Shown piece by piece: positions 1 through 9,180 of a stretch of 64,000 bases of DNA. Numbering within the stretch: position 1 is the first letter of the stretch; every line of letters starts with the position of its first letter. The notes under the pieces were generated by a model, which did no database searches, was not told where the DNA came from, and saw nothing but the letters and a program-made list of their open reading frames with translations. Where the stretch lies: the IMG/VR virus record IMGVR_UViG_3300045988_177924. One strand, written 5' to 3'. This DNA comes from a virus. A program made the position numbers and the translations under genes.

Positions 1-1
1 T

Positions 2-154
2 AAGCAAGCGGAAGAAGCTTTGCGAATGTGCAAAGAATATTTGCGTAAACAAGAGTTGATTGCTGAACTTATTAAAGAATATAAACGTAAAGGGATTCCT
101 TCAGAAGAAATAGAGGAACTGCTTGCTCCTGAGTTTAAGGAGAGCAGCACTTGA
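2..154 (+). CDS. 3' end of an ORF entering from the left edge (partial; possibly small terminase subunit)
   Basis: Frame is open from the window edge to TGA 152-154 (...RMCKEYLRKQELIAELIKEYKRKGIPSEEIEELLAPEFKESST*). The stop overlaps the TTG start of the large terminase (TTGA). Function is guessed from position only. Confidence 0.3.
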   Translation, partial: KQAEEALRMCKEYLRKQELIAELIKEYKRKGIPSEEIEELLAPEFKESST

Positions 155-1827
155 TTTCAGTCTATGGGAATCTCACAGATAACGAAGTAAATATTCGCAA
201 ACAAGAAAGTTTTGAAAGATATAATCGGTTAATTCAATGGGGCCGCAAGCACCCCACGCGATTTATTGAAAAAATTCTTGGAATACAATTGTTGGATTAT
301 CAACGGTGGATTATTATGGGCACCTGGACGGCAGAAAAAGCCGCTTGGGTATGTTCACGAAACGCGGGTAAAACATTTTTGGGAGCGGTATATTTGATGG
401 CGAAGGCTATTTTGTTCCCACAATTTAAAATAAATATCATGAACGTTTCGGGGCGTCAGTCTTTTGACACCTTTATGAAAATCGAAGATATTGCAAAAAA
501 GAATATTGCTTCATTATTGAATACGACAGACGTGTTTTTTGATGAACTCATCAAGAGCAACGCTAATACCGACGGGTTTACCCATAGCCAAAAGGGTTAT
601 GAGTGTAATCTGTATAACGGTTCGCGTATTAGGGCGCTTGTGGGTAAACCAGAGACCGTCGTCGGTGTTCGTTCTAATATTAACTTCTATGACGAGGCGG
701 GAAAGATTCCACAGGCATTTTTCGATTTAACAGAACCTTTTACAGCGCAAAACCGCGACTTTAAAACTGGTTCTGGTTTTGACGCGTCGGTTTATCCTAA
801 GGATATACCAACACAGTGTATTTACTCGTCGTCAGCCGAAGACATTAATACCCATTTATGGTCAATGTATAAACTTTGTGCTACAAATATGATGATGGGT
901 ATACCTGGATATTTTTGTGCAGATGTCAACTGCGATATTCCACTTGCACCGAAACTCAACGGGAAACCAATGTCACCATTGCTTAAACAAAGTGAGATAG
1001 ATGACGCGCTAAAAAGCAATGAGTCTCGAGCAATGCGCGAGTATTATAACATATTCGATAACACGGGTGGTATTGACGCGTTAGTAAAACGACAAGATAT
1101 TTTACGAAACGAACAAGACTATTTACCAATCTTTAAATCAGAAGGTCCAGAACACCATTATGGTTTATTTTTTGACCCCGCATTGCAACAAGACAACAGT
1201 TTTGTGCTTATTGTTGAATATTGGAAAGACAAAAAACGCGGATGGATGGGTAAAATTGTTAATGGTATTAACCTTATCGAAAAATTACCAAACGGCGATA
1301 AGAAGCCCTTGCGTTCTCCTGAACAATTAGAGTGGATTCGCAAGCTTATTGTAGCATACAATGGGAAATCACCTGAGTACGAAAACGTTATGTTTTATGT
1401 TGACGCTGGTTCCGGTGGTGGTGGTCGTAGTTATGCTGACAACCTAATGCTTCCTTGGACAGATCGTGATGGAGTAGAGCATGCGGGGATTATCGACTTA
1501 ACTGATGATACAGCCAAAGAACAGGCAGAAAAATTCAGGCAAGCTAAGGATGTTTGTCGAATCATTGAGCCTCGTAAATGGCGTCCTACTATGTTTAGCG
1601 AATGCGCTGAAATGATTATCAACGATTATCTTATTTTCCCTATGCCCGTACCAAAACAAGGTGTTTGGGAAAAAGATGGCGAAAAATATGAACTTTCAAA
1701 AGAAGAATTAAGAGCATTGCTTGAAATTGATCTTATGAAAGAAGAACTTGTAGCAATTGTGAAAACAAAGACTCCGAGTGGTGATGTAAAATACGGATTA
1801 CCACCCGATAAGTCTCGTAAAATGCAT
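151..1827 (+). CDS. terL: terminase large subunit, exon 1
   Basis: TTG start 8 nt after AAGGAG. Walker-A-like VCSRNAGKTF near aa 67-76, and size and layout are typical of TerL. The uninterrupted ORF runs on to 1854 (..MHEQHCALAA*), but the conserved C-terminal nuclease motif is missing there and reappears in frame at 2067. Confidence 0.8.
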
Positions 1828-2066
1828 GAACAACATTGTGCACTTGCGGCATAATACATAAACCGCTCGATTAAATCTTGTCTAATTGACTTGGAGGTCC
1901 AGAAGTGGATAACAAGGCGGAAGTCAATGACACCGTGAACGACTAAACGACGAGAGCCCGCGTTAGCGGGTGTGCGCTAGTCTGAACTCGCGATATAACA
2001 ACAGAAACGCGAGAGAGGGGATGAAGAGCCCCTCCGCTTAGAAATAAGTCTTAAAGTAACAGAATG
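1828..2066 (+). ncRNA. putative ORF-less group I self-splicing intron interrupting terL
   Basis: 239 nt between ...SRKMH (exon ends with U1827) and DDRCYTCVLAAHH.... P1 candidate tgcaU(1823-1827)/Gtgca(1838-1842) has a U.G pair at the 5' splice site, and the last base G2066 could be omega-G. R-element-like gtgaacGACUAaacg (1935-1949), P8-like hairpin cccgc-gtta-gcggg (1957-1970), then UAGUC (1978-1982) pairing with GACUA as P7. P4/P5-like hairpin ttgactt...aagtcaa (1886-1927). 3' hairpins at 1987-2013 and 2015-2034. Confidence 0.6.
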
Positions 2067-2261
2067 GATGATAGATGCTACACCTGTGTGTTGGCAGCTC
2101 ACCACTTAGCACAATTGCGAAGAGAAGAAATTTTAGGTTCGGCTGAACCAACTACAAATATGGATGTTTTGTTTAGTAATCGAATTGCTCAAGGATTCAA
2201 GCAAAGACAAAGCGCCAATCCGTTTAGTGGATTCACTAATCCATTTGGGCGGAGAAGATAG
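2067..2261 (+). CDS. terL: terminase large subunit, exon 2 (C-terminal end of nuclease domain)
   Basis: Joining 1827 to 2067 keeps the frame and gives ...DKSRKMH-DDRCYTCVLAAHHLAQL.... This recreates an H-D-D...LA motif like the last catalytic Asp region of terminase nucleases. The ATG at 2064 has no RBS of its own. Confidence 0.6.
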   Translation, partial: DDRCYTCVLAAHHLAQLRREEILGSAEPTTNMDVLFSNRIAQGFKQRQSANPFSGFTNPFGRRR

Positions 2262-2281
2262 AAGCAAAAGGAGGCAGAAGG

Positions 2282-2695
2282 ATGATCTGTAAAATAATTT
2301 TCGATCATACTGGGATTGACATAGAAAATCTCTTAGATAAAATTGGGAAAATGGGCTCTTTTATGCTAATAAAAGGAGTAATTTATTTCCAAACACTGGG
2401 AGAGTGTTCTAAACAAAAATTAAAATCTGCTATCAAACGCAGTGGCGTGTCGGATTGTGTAATTTTGGAGATTACAGAAGACAGCCTTTGTAATGAGGGC
2501 GGATATGTTGCTGATTGGGCGCGTGAGCATTTTACTAATCTTGCAACCAAACGGGCGATAGACGAATTAAATAGCGAGAAATATCGGAAGAAAATGGAAA
2601 TCGAGGCACTTAAACTTGAGTTAGCCCAAGCCTTGGCTTCCGGCCAATTAATCGCAGTACCGAAACATCAAAAGGAGGATTGCACCAATGGGTGA
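2282..2695 (+). CDS. hypothetical protein (137 aa)
   Basis: ATG preceded by AAAGGAGG. The 3' end overlaps the next start. No recognisable motif. Confidence 0.7.
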   Translation: MICKIIFDHTGIDIENLLDKIGKMGSFMLIKGVIYFQTLGECSKQKLKSAIKRSGVSDCVILEITEDSLCNEGGYVADWAREHFTNLATKRAIDELNSEKYRKKMEIEALKLELAQALASGQLIAVPKHQKEDCTNG

Positions 2696-4640
2696 AGCCA
2701 ATAAGACCACAAACAAAGGTGGCCGTCCAAAGAAACAAATTCCCATTACCGAACAAGAACAACCGCAAGACTCCAAGTTGTTGATGACGACAGGAGGCGC
2801 TGGGACCGAAGTTAAAGATGTGTTGCAAGGCTGCACGGATTTCTTTAATCGGTTTTTAGGAGATGTTGATTCCAACAGTGTTCTTGGTCAAGGTATTTAT
2901 AATTTAAATCAATATAATCCATTTTTACAAAATACACGATTGAAGACGTTGGCGGGTCTGCCAATTGAGATGAGCAAAGATGGTATTATCAATGCGTTAA
3001 AAAACCCTCAATTCCACGAGGAAGATATTCGTGGGGCAGCGGCTTCATTATCGTCAAGCCAGTATTTGTATTATAAAATACTTCGTCAAGCGGGTGATAT
3101 CCCTCTAATGAAGTATGTTAAATATCCGCCTTTTTTAGAAGCATCTGAATATAAAACGGAAAAATTCAAAAAAGATGACGACTTTGTGGACGAGTGGCTC
3201 GAAAAATTCGATATAGTGAACACTTTTAAACGCATTGCGATTGAAGTGAAACGCGAAGGTAAGCCGAGTTATTTGTTGCGTAGTCATGTGACAAAAAAAG
3301 GTGGTAAAAAGATTGTAGATTATGCGGCGTTGCAAAAACTCCCGCCACAATTTGTCAAACTTACGGCAATTGGGGAACATGGTTTTGTAGCAAGTTTTAA
3401 TTTAATGGTCTTTATGAATCCAGCATTTGTTCCTGATCAATACCCCGCTTTTATTCAAAGAGTGTGGAGTGATATGATCAATAATAAAATTGCAGTCTTC
3501 GATCCTAAGAAAAATTCATACAAATTGGACATTGCGAAAGCGACTAACTACGCGTTCGTCGATGAGGACGGCAATTCTTATGATACATTGCTGGAGAGGA
3601 CTGAAAAAAGGACATATATGTTCTGGGTCCAATTACCTCAAGATTTGTGTTATACTTTCTGTAGCGATACCTCTACAGCTACCGCAGCGCCTGATACAGC
3701 AGGTCTATTTATGGATTTGCAAGAATTGACGGATTACTCGGTACTGGCGGGACTTATTGCTAGTACACCTTTGACGTCGTTGCTGACGGGTGAAATTGAG
3801 CTGATCCCTAATCCATCAACCGGTCGTGATCAGACGGCAATGAACCCCGAAACGGTTTTAAAATTCCAAAACTTGTTTAACAGTATGACGAGCACTAATA
3901 CGGAAGCGTTCTTTGCTCCGTTGAAGAATTTAAAATTGCAAAGTCTTAATAACGTTCCTAACAGTAGTGACATTAAGACTAAAGCGGTTTCAAACTTTAT
4001 TAGTGTCGCGGGCGAAGGGGGCAATATTATCGCTACTGAAAAACCGAGTATTGCGCAGGTAAAAACTGCTAATATGCTTTCGGCTGCCCAATATGATTTT
4101 GTGGTGAAACAGTTTAAATCAGCACTTAACAATATTGTTCAAGAATGTATAGGTGCCGATTACAAATGGAAAGTGGATATCTTTGGGGATATTTTCTCTG
4201 AACAAAATCAGAAAAAGTATTTGAAAGAACTGGTTACCGCAGGTATGAAAGGTTTGGTTCCTAAACTTCTTGCTTACGAGGATATAACTGTTAAAGACTC
4301 TAAAGCAGCAGAATTGTATTTGGACTCAATTGGATTCTATGACAATTTAACAACGCTCACGCAAGTTGCGGCCTCAAAGTTAAATACACAACAAGAAAAG
4401 TCAGCCGACTTAAACACTAACGAAGATGGTTCGGCTAAGAAAGTTGGCCGTCCCGCATTAGAAGATGAAGATATAGAGTCTGATGAGACTGCTGCGTCAC
4501 GCGAAAAAGGCGAAAACACAAGCGAGAATAAGGATATATATGCCGCAAAACGGTGTGCAATTTGCGGGGCAGAATTAGACAACGAAGATGATGTTCTTTG
4601 CGATGATTGTTGCGAGGCATATCTCGAAGAGCACAACTAA
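2688..4640 (+). CDS. putative portal protein (650 aa) with Cys-rich C-terminal tail
   Basis: AAAGGAGG 9 nt upstream of the ATG. Size and position just after terL are typical of portal. C-terminus reads RCAICGAELDNEDDVLCDDCCEAYLEEHN. No motif-level proof of portal fold. Confidence 0.5.
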   Translation: MGEANKTTNKGGRPKKQIPITEQEQPQDSKLLMTTGGAGTEVKDVLQGCTDFFNRFLGDVDSNSVLGQGIYNLNQYNPFLQNTRLKTLAGLPIEMSKDGIINALKNPQFHEEDIRGAAASLSSSQYLYYKILRQAGDIPLMKYVKYPPFLEASEYKTEKFKKDDDFVDEWLEKFDIVNTFKRIAIEVKREGKPSYLLRSHVTKKGGKKIVDYAALQKLPPQFVKLTAIGEHGFVASFNLMVFMNPAFVPDQYPAFIQRVWSDMINNKIAVFDPKKNSYKLDIAKATNYAFVDEDGNSYDTLLERTEKRTYMFWVQLPQDLCYTFCSDTSTATAAPDTAGLFMDLQELTDYSVLAGLIASTPLTSLLTGEIELIPNPSTGRDQTAMNPETVLKFQNLFNSMTSTNTEAFFAPLKNLKLQSLNNVPNSSDIKTKAVSNFISVAGEGGNIIATEKPSIAQVKTANMLSAAQYDFVVKQFKSALNNIVQECIGADYKWKVDIFGDIFSEQNQKKYLKELVTAGMKGLVPKLLAYEDITVKDSKAAELYLDSIGFYDNLTTLTQVAASKLNTQQEKSADLNTNEDGSAKKVGRPALEDEDIESDETAASREKGENTSENKDIYAAKRCAICGAELDNEDDVLCDDCCEAYLEEHN

Positions 4641-4659
4641 ATAAAGGAGGAAGTTAATC

Positions 4660-5163
4660 GTGAGATTACATGAAGAAACTTATAATGCGTTAAATGAGCT
4701 AATGAAGATGTGTTTTGAGATGAATGCTGTTGCTGACAATATCTACTATAATATGGCAAATCTGTATTATAATCATTCAGCAGAGTTATTCCATCATAGT
4801 TATGCACACGCTTGGGGTCAAGTTGCGGATATGATTAGCGACGAAATGCTCAAATTAAACGCGAGACCAATTAGGCTACCCGTGGAGGGAGCAAATGAAG
4901 AATATGATAATCTTGAACTCATGATGGTCGTCAATTTGGCTGCTGTTAATAAGGTTTTTGAGAAGTGTAAGGAAATCGTAGATTTGGCGGATATGCTGGA
5001 CGATGTGGACATCAGAATTTTTGGAGAAAATTTACTTAATGGTGTATTGTTGAATTATGTAAAACAATCAGACGAGTGGCTTAAGGTTATAAAAACCGTA
5101 CCGGCGTACCATTTTGATATTCACTTTAGCGATTATACACACTTCATTCCTATTGTCGAATGA
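4660..5163 (+). CDS. hypothetical protein (167 aa), helical
   Basis: GTG start 9 nt after AAAGGAGG. Function unknown. Confidence 0.65.
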   Translation: MRLHEETYNALNELMKMCFEMNAVADNIYYNMANLYYNHSAELFHHSYAHAWGQVADMISDEMLKLNARPIRLPVEGANEEYDNLELMMVVNLAAVNKVFEKCKEIVDLADMLDDVDIRIFGENLLNGVLLNYVKQSDEWLKVIKTVPAYHFDIHFSDYTHFIPIVE

Positions 5164-5171
5164 GGTAAATT

Positions 5172-5882
5172 ATGGGTCCTGGAGAAATTGTAAAATTAAT
5201 TATTGAATATGGTATTTATCCTGTTCTTATGGGAATTCTTTTGTGGCTACTTTTAGCTATACAAAAACGGCAAAACCGTGCAGCAGAAGAACAGGAGAAA
5301 CGCCTAACAGGTCTTATCGATTCGAGTGTTAAATTAGCCATACACGATTCTAAAAAACATGGTCCAATAGAAGAGGCCGACAACCGTAAGGTTGCGACCT
5401 ACATTAAATCTCAATTAAACACAATCGTTCAGGAAAATGGTGCAAATCGCGCCTTTTGTGTAGCATATCATAATGGCGGCACATATCTAAACGCGCGTAA
5501 TTTTTCTAAATGCAGCATAGTGGCTGAAAGTGTGGATAACCAAACAAGACCGTTTATGATGGATTATCAAAATGTCCAACGGGCTTTGTTTATTGAGTTG
5601 GATAATGAGTTGGCCACAAAGGGCGAATGTTATATTGATGATATTGAGTCGATAAAAGATAGAAACCCTGGTAGTTATCATTTTTTAAAGTGCTGGGGTA
5701 GTGATGCTATTTATTTCAAAGCTTTGGTGGATAACACTTCTGATGTTGTGTTAGGGTTCATTGCGGCTGAATTTAATACAAAAACGCCCGAGGATAAAGA
5801 AGCTTTAAAATTATGTTTGAGTAAAAGAGCTCAACGCATTTCTGGAGCCCTTCAATTTTCTCACGCTGAATCAGAAATATAG
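5172..5882 (+). CDS. hypothetical membrane-anchored protein (236 aa)
   Basis: N-terminal hydrophobic segment YGIYPVLMGILLWLLLAI followed by a soluble domain. GAGG RBS. Confidence 0.65.
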   Translation: MGPGEIVKLIIEYGIYPVLMGILLWLLLAIQKRQNRAAEEQEKRLTGLIDSSVKLAIHDSKKHGPIEEADNRKVATYIKSQLNTIVQENGANRAFCVAYHNGGTYLNARNFSKCSIVAESVDNQTRPFMMDYQNVQRALFIELDNELATKGECYIDDIESIKDRNPGSYHFLKCWGSDAIYFKALVDNTSDVVLGFIAAEFNTKTPEDKEALKLCLSKRAQRISGALQFSHAESEI

Positions 5883-5899
5883 TAAGGAGGCTGAAACTT

Positions 5900-7360
5900 A
5901 TGAATCCAATGGTGTTTAGCCTAGAGGCCGATAGGATTAAGTTAAAGAAAATACTTGGTAGTAATTTCTTACAACTTGAGATGAAGGCTATTTCAGAAGG
6001 CGAAAATCGTAATCACAGTAGCTTCTCTTTAGAAGCGATGCAGGGGGCTCTTCCCAGTTTTAGAAACAAACCAATTTTGGGATATTTTAATACAAAAGAG
6101 CAAGATTTTGAATCTCACAACGGCACTTGGAAAAGAGATTCTGAGACCGACACACCTTATTGGGACACAACTATGCCCAACGGTGAGAGAATATTAGGAT
6201 TGATCAGAGAGTCTGATTCTATCTCTATAGAGCCTGATAATAAGGGGAAAAATTGGATTGTACTTACATGCGCTCTGTGGGTACAATACGCTTTGCCTCA
6301 AATTAAAAGGTTGCTTAAAGATAAGAAAAAGAAAGTCTCTGTTGAGATCGATATAAAGGACTACGAGGATAGGGATGGTATCAGATATATCAATAAGTTT
6401 GAACTTCTGGGCATCACTATATTAGGTTCGAAAAACGGGAAACCAGTTACGGAAGGTATCGAGGGTGCATCGGCGTCAGTCTTGGATATCATCGATAATG
6501 AGGTTTTCAACAGACAGAAGACGGCATTGTGTTTTGCCTACAAAGAATTGGATGGCGACGCAATGGAAGTCGAAAAATCTAACAAGGAGGATAGCGAGCA
6601 GTTGGACAATGAATTGACTTTACAGGAAGAAGCCCAAGTCGTTAACTGTAGTGAAGGTGAAGTGGCGCAAGAAGAGTGCCCAGTTGCACCGGAACAAGAA
6701 GACGCTCAGTGTCAAGATTGCCATATGGACGACGATAACGACGACGATCAAGATGACGATCAAGATGATGACGATTCAGATGACGACAAAGGTACCGATA
6801 ATCCTGAACCTGCATATTCGGAATGTCCCTCTGGTGAAGAAGGTGCAGAACCTGCTTATTCGGGAGAGCCCGAAGGCGACGGCGAACCTGCCCCTAATCC
6901 AGAAGCAGAGCTTTTGATGAAATGCGGCGAACTCGAAGCAAAAAATTGCGAACTTATGAAACGCATTGAAGAGCTTGAGTGTAAGATGGCCGAAAAAGAA
7001 GAAGCTTATTCTAAATATTTCGATTATGACGAGATCAAAGAACAACTCGCTAAAGCCAACCAAGCGCTATTTGCTATTGAGTGCGAGAAGCGTGTGGCAG
7101 AAGCGCACGAGCTTTTGGATGACGAAAACGTCAATAAAGAGCAATGTGATGCGATTTTCGATAAGTGCGCACGTGGCGAGTATGCTTCGTCTGACGCATT
7201 GCGTGCAGAAGTAGCATTGGCAGTCTTTAACGCGAACAAGGGCAGTAAAACTCACAAAAAAGAGACGTTTACCACACCTATCGCAAAACCCGTAGAAATC
7301 AAATCTGAGAAGAATATGAGTGCTATGGACAAACTAAAACTGTATGTTGGAAGAGAATAA
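5900..7360 (+). CDS. putative scaffolding (possibly protease-scaffold) protein with poly-acidic linker and coiled-coil C-terminus
   Basis: Lies between the portal-region genes and the capsid gene. Has an extreme acidic tract DDDNDDDQDDDQDDDDSDDD, then a heptad-like charged C-terminal half (ELEAKNCELMKRIEELECKMAEKEE...). Confidence 0.4.
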   Translation: MNPMVFSLEADRIKLKKILGSNFLQLEMKAISEGENRNHSSFSLEAMQGALPSFRNKPILGYFNTKEQDFESHNGTWKRDSETDTPYWDTTMPNGERILGLIRESDSISIEPDNKGKNWIVLTCALWVQYALPQIKRLLKDKKKKVSVEIDIKDYEDRDGIRYINKFELLGITILGSKNGKPVTEGIEGASASVLDIIDNEVFNRQKTALCFAYKELDGDAMEVEKSNKEDSEQLDNELTLQEEAQVVNCSEGEVAQEECPVAPEQEDAQCQDCHMDDDNDDDQDDDQDDDDSDDDKGTDNPEPAYSECPSGEEGAEPAYSGEPEGDGEPAPNPEAELLMKCGELEAKNCELMKRIEELECKMAEKEEAYSKYFDYDEIKEQLAKANQALFAIECEKRVAEAHELLDDENVNKEQCDAIFDKCARGEYASSDALRAEVALAVFNANKGSKTHKKETFTTPIAKPVEIKSEKNMSAMDKLKLYVGRE

Positions 7361-7415
7361 TCAGCATACGAAAAATAATACATTTTATTTAATTATATAA
7401 AGGAGAAAACTTATT

Positions 7416-7976
7416 ATGGCAAAAGTGTTTAGAGCGGCTGAAATGATGTCGGAAGACGTTCAGTCCTATGTAATTTCCTGCCAATACCAAGCTAACAGCG
7501 TCGACGCTCCTATCGAAGACGGCGCGTTTGTTAAACTTGGCGAACTCAAAGACGATAAAACTTATGTTGCAGCTGGCGATAAAGATTACAACGTTTATCT
7601 CGCTGCTGCGCCGACCGCTGTGACCGACGAAGTTGTCGTTATCGATTATCCTGGCGTTTCTGAAGGAGCTATCTCTGGTAACTCTTATAGAATTGGCGTC
7701 AAACTTTTTGACCTTGTAGCACCTGCTGGCCGTCCTGTTCGTGCTCGCAGACTTGCTCTCCATGACAGATTCTGGCTTGGCGAAGGCAACTTTAATGGTG
7801 CTGTTGTCGTTGGCAACATCGCGGGTCTTGAAGCAAACAAAACGACCCTTAAAGACAGTGGTGCGCAAACTATTGTTGAGGGTCAACTCAATGTCAAAAT
7901 TCACCTCGGCAAAGATTTCAACTATGGCCAGTCGGCCAATGGCAAACTCTATCTTTGCGAAGTCGTTGGACTTTAA
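7416..7976 (+). CDS. abundant head-associated structural protein (186 aa; decoration/auxiliary capsid protein candidate)
   Basis: Strong initiation region aattatataaAGGAGAaaacttattATGGCAAAA, shared with two other structural genes. Sits directly upstream of the capsid candidate. Confidence 0.35.
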   Translation: MAKVFRAAEMMSEDVQSYVISCQYQANSVDAPIEDGAFVKLGELKDDKTYVAAGDKDYNVYLAAAPTAVTDEVVVIDYPGVSEGAISGNSYRIGVKLFDLVAPAGRPVRARRLALHDRFWLGEGNFNGAVVVGNIAGLEANKTTLKDSGAQTIVEGQLNVKIHLGKDFNYGQSANGKLYLCEVVGL

Positions 7977-7995
7977 TTAAGGGAGGACTACAGCA

Positions 7996-9093
7996 ATGAT
8001 GGAACATTTCAATTTTAATAGTCAAGACGACAATTTCAACGCAATCATCAATTCGATCGTTGAAAGTGCTCAAGCTCATTATGAAGCAAAATCTGAGCCC
8101 TCGAAAGACGACCTCAGACTCCAAAACGAAGCAATCGTTAAATACGCGCTTGAAGGCACCCGTTTCGAAGCTAAATTCGAGCAGGAAGGCCTTGCTTGCA
8201 TGAAGAATCCTCAAATCACGAAAAACGAAACCGTTCGTAGCAACTTCGAAGCTGTTATCGCTGAAGTAGTCAATGCGATCGCTCCGTCGGTTACCAGTGC
8301 GGATTATTCGAGATTCCTTGCTGAAGTTCGTCAAATCGGTTGGGGCGACACTGGTCGTTTCATTATCCGTTCTAACGAGCTCTTCAAAGTCAACGAAATC
8401 GCAGAAGGTGTAAACCGTGGTGTATTGCAACCCATCTTCGATAACGAAGTTACGGTTAACCCCTCGCCGATCGAAATCGCAACGGCTATTGACTGGTATG
8501 CAGTCGCGGCTGGTGTGTTCGATTGGGGTGACTTCGGTCTCCGTGCTGGTCGTTCGTTCGAAGCATATATCTTCCTGAAAGTTATTGCTGCTATGACTTC
8601 GGTCACGGGCGATATGATGGGCGCTGGTTATATTGCTAACGGCTACACTCCCGCTAACTGGACCGGCCTTGTTCAGAAAGTTTCGGCGGCAAACGGTGGC
8701 GCTCCCGTTTATGCAATTGGTTCGCTTGGTGCGTTGATGAAAGTCAACACCACGGGTGCTAACGGCCTTGGCCTTCAATATTTTGTTGGCGAAGATTATC
8801 TCTCCAAGGGCTATCTTGATAAATTCCTTGGCGCGAGAATGATTCCCGTTGATCCCGCTCTCGTTCCGACAACCATCAATACGACGGCTGACCTTGCGGT
8901 TCCCGATAACAAGATTTATCTGGTTGCGGCAGATGCGTACAAACCTGTTAAGATCGTTTTCGAAGGCACTTCGATGACGGTTGAAAGAATCCCCGAAGAA
9001 ACCACTGACAAGAGATACGGTATCCGTATTCAAATGAGGGTTGGTGTTTCGGCGATCGTTGGTTCGAAATTTGGTCGTATCGATCTTCAATAA
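7996..9093 (+). CDS. putative major capsid protein (365 aa)
   Basis: GGGAGG RBS. Position after the scaffold-like gene, size, strong codon regularity (the antisense strand is open across the whole gene) and a hairpin terminator immediately downstream. Confidence 0.55.
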   Translation: MMEHFNFNSQDDNFNAIINSIVESAQAHYEAKSEPSKDDLRLQNEAIVKYALEGTRFEAKFEQEGLACMKNPQITKNETVRSNFEAVIAEVVNAIAPSVTSADYSRFLAEVRQIGWGDTGRFIIRSNELFKVNEIAEGVNRGVLQPIFDNEVTVNPSPIEIATAIDWYAVAAGVFDWGDFGLRAGRSFEAYIFLKVIAAMTSVTGDMMGAGYIANGYTPANWTGLVQKVSAANGGAPVYAIGSLGALMKVNTTGANGLGLQYFVGEDYLSKGYLDKFLGARMIPVDPALVPTTINTTADLAVPDNKIYLVAADAYKPVKIVFEGTSMTVERIPEETTDKRYGIRIQMRVGVSAIVGSKFGRIDLQ

Positions 9094-9112
9094 TTAATTT
9101 AAAGTCTAATTA

Positions 9113-9132
9113 GGGCCTCCTTTTGGAGGCCC
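9113..9132 (+). terminator. hairpin terminator after capsid gene
   Basis: gggcctcc-tttt-ggaggccc, a perfect 8-bp GC-rich stem followed by ttgttg. Confidence 0.6.
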
Positions 9133-9180
9133 TTGTTGAGACTTATTATCTTAGATTTTTAGTTCACAAGGAGACTTATT

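Noticed and set aside
2064-2261. Stand-alone 65-aa gene, with TerL simply ending at 1854
   Set aside because: There is no RBS before ATG 2064. Its N-terminus DDRCYTCVLAAHH completes the terminase nuclease motif in frame with codon 1825-1827, and the intervening 239 nt look like a group I intron. Kept as exon 2 instead.
4660-5163. Dps/ferritin-like four-helix-bundle protein
   Set aside because: The only basis is a vague resemblance (..ELFHHSYAHAWGQVADMISDEMLKLNARPI.. versus the Dps ..lH..fee....D.iAERi..lGg.P). The metal-ligand positions cannot be aligned confidently by eye.
5172-5882. GAF-like sensor domain behind the N-terminal TM helix
   Set aside because: This is an impression from hydrophobic and Gly patterning only (..VVLGFIAAEF..), with no diagnostic motif.
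7918-9090. 390-aa ORF on the minus strand covering the whole capsid gene (also 7389..7904 minus, opposite the 7416 gene)
   Set aside because: It is exactly antisense to a strongly supported + strand gene and has no RBS. Its translation is low-complexity (R/N/S/F-rich). Long antisense open frames are a known by-product of strong codon regularity in highly expressed genes.
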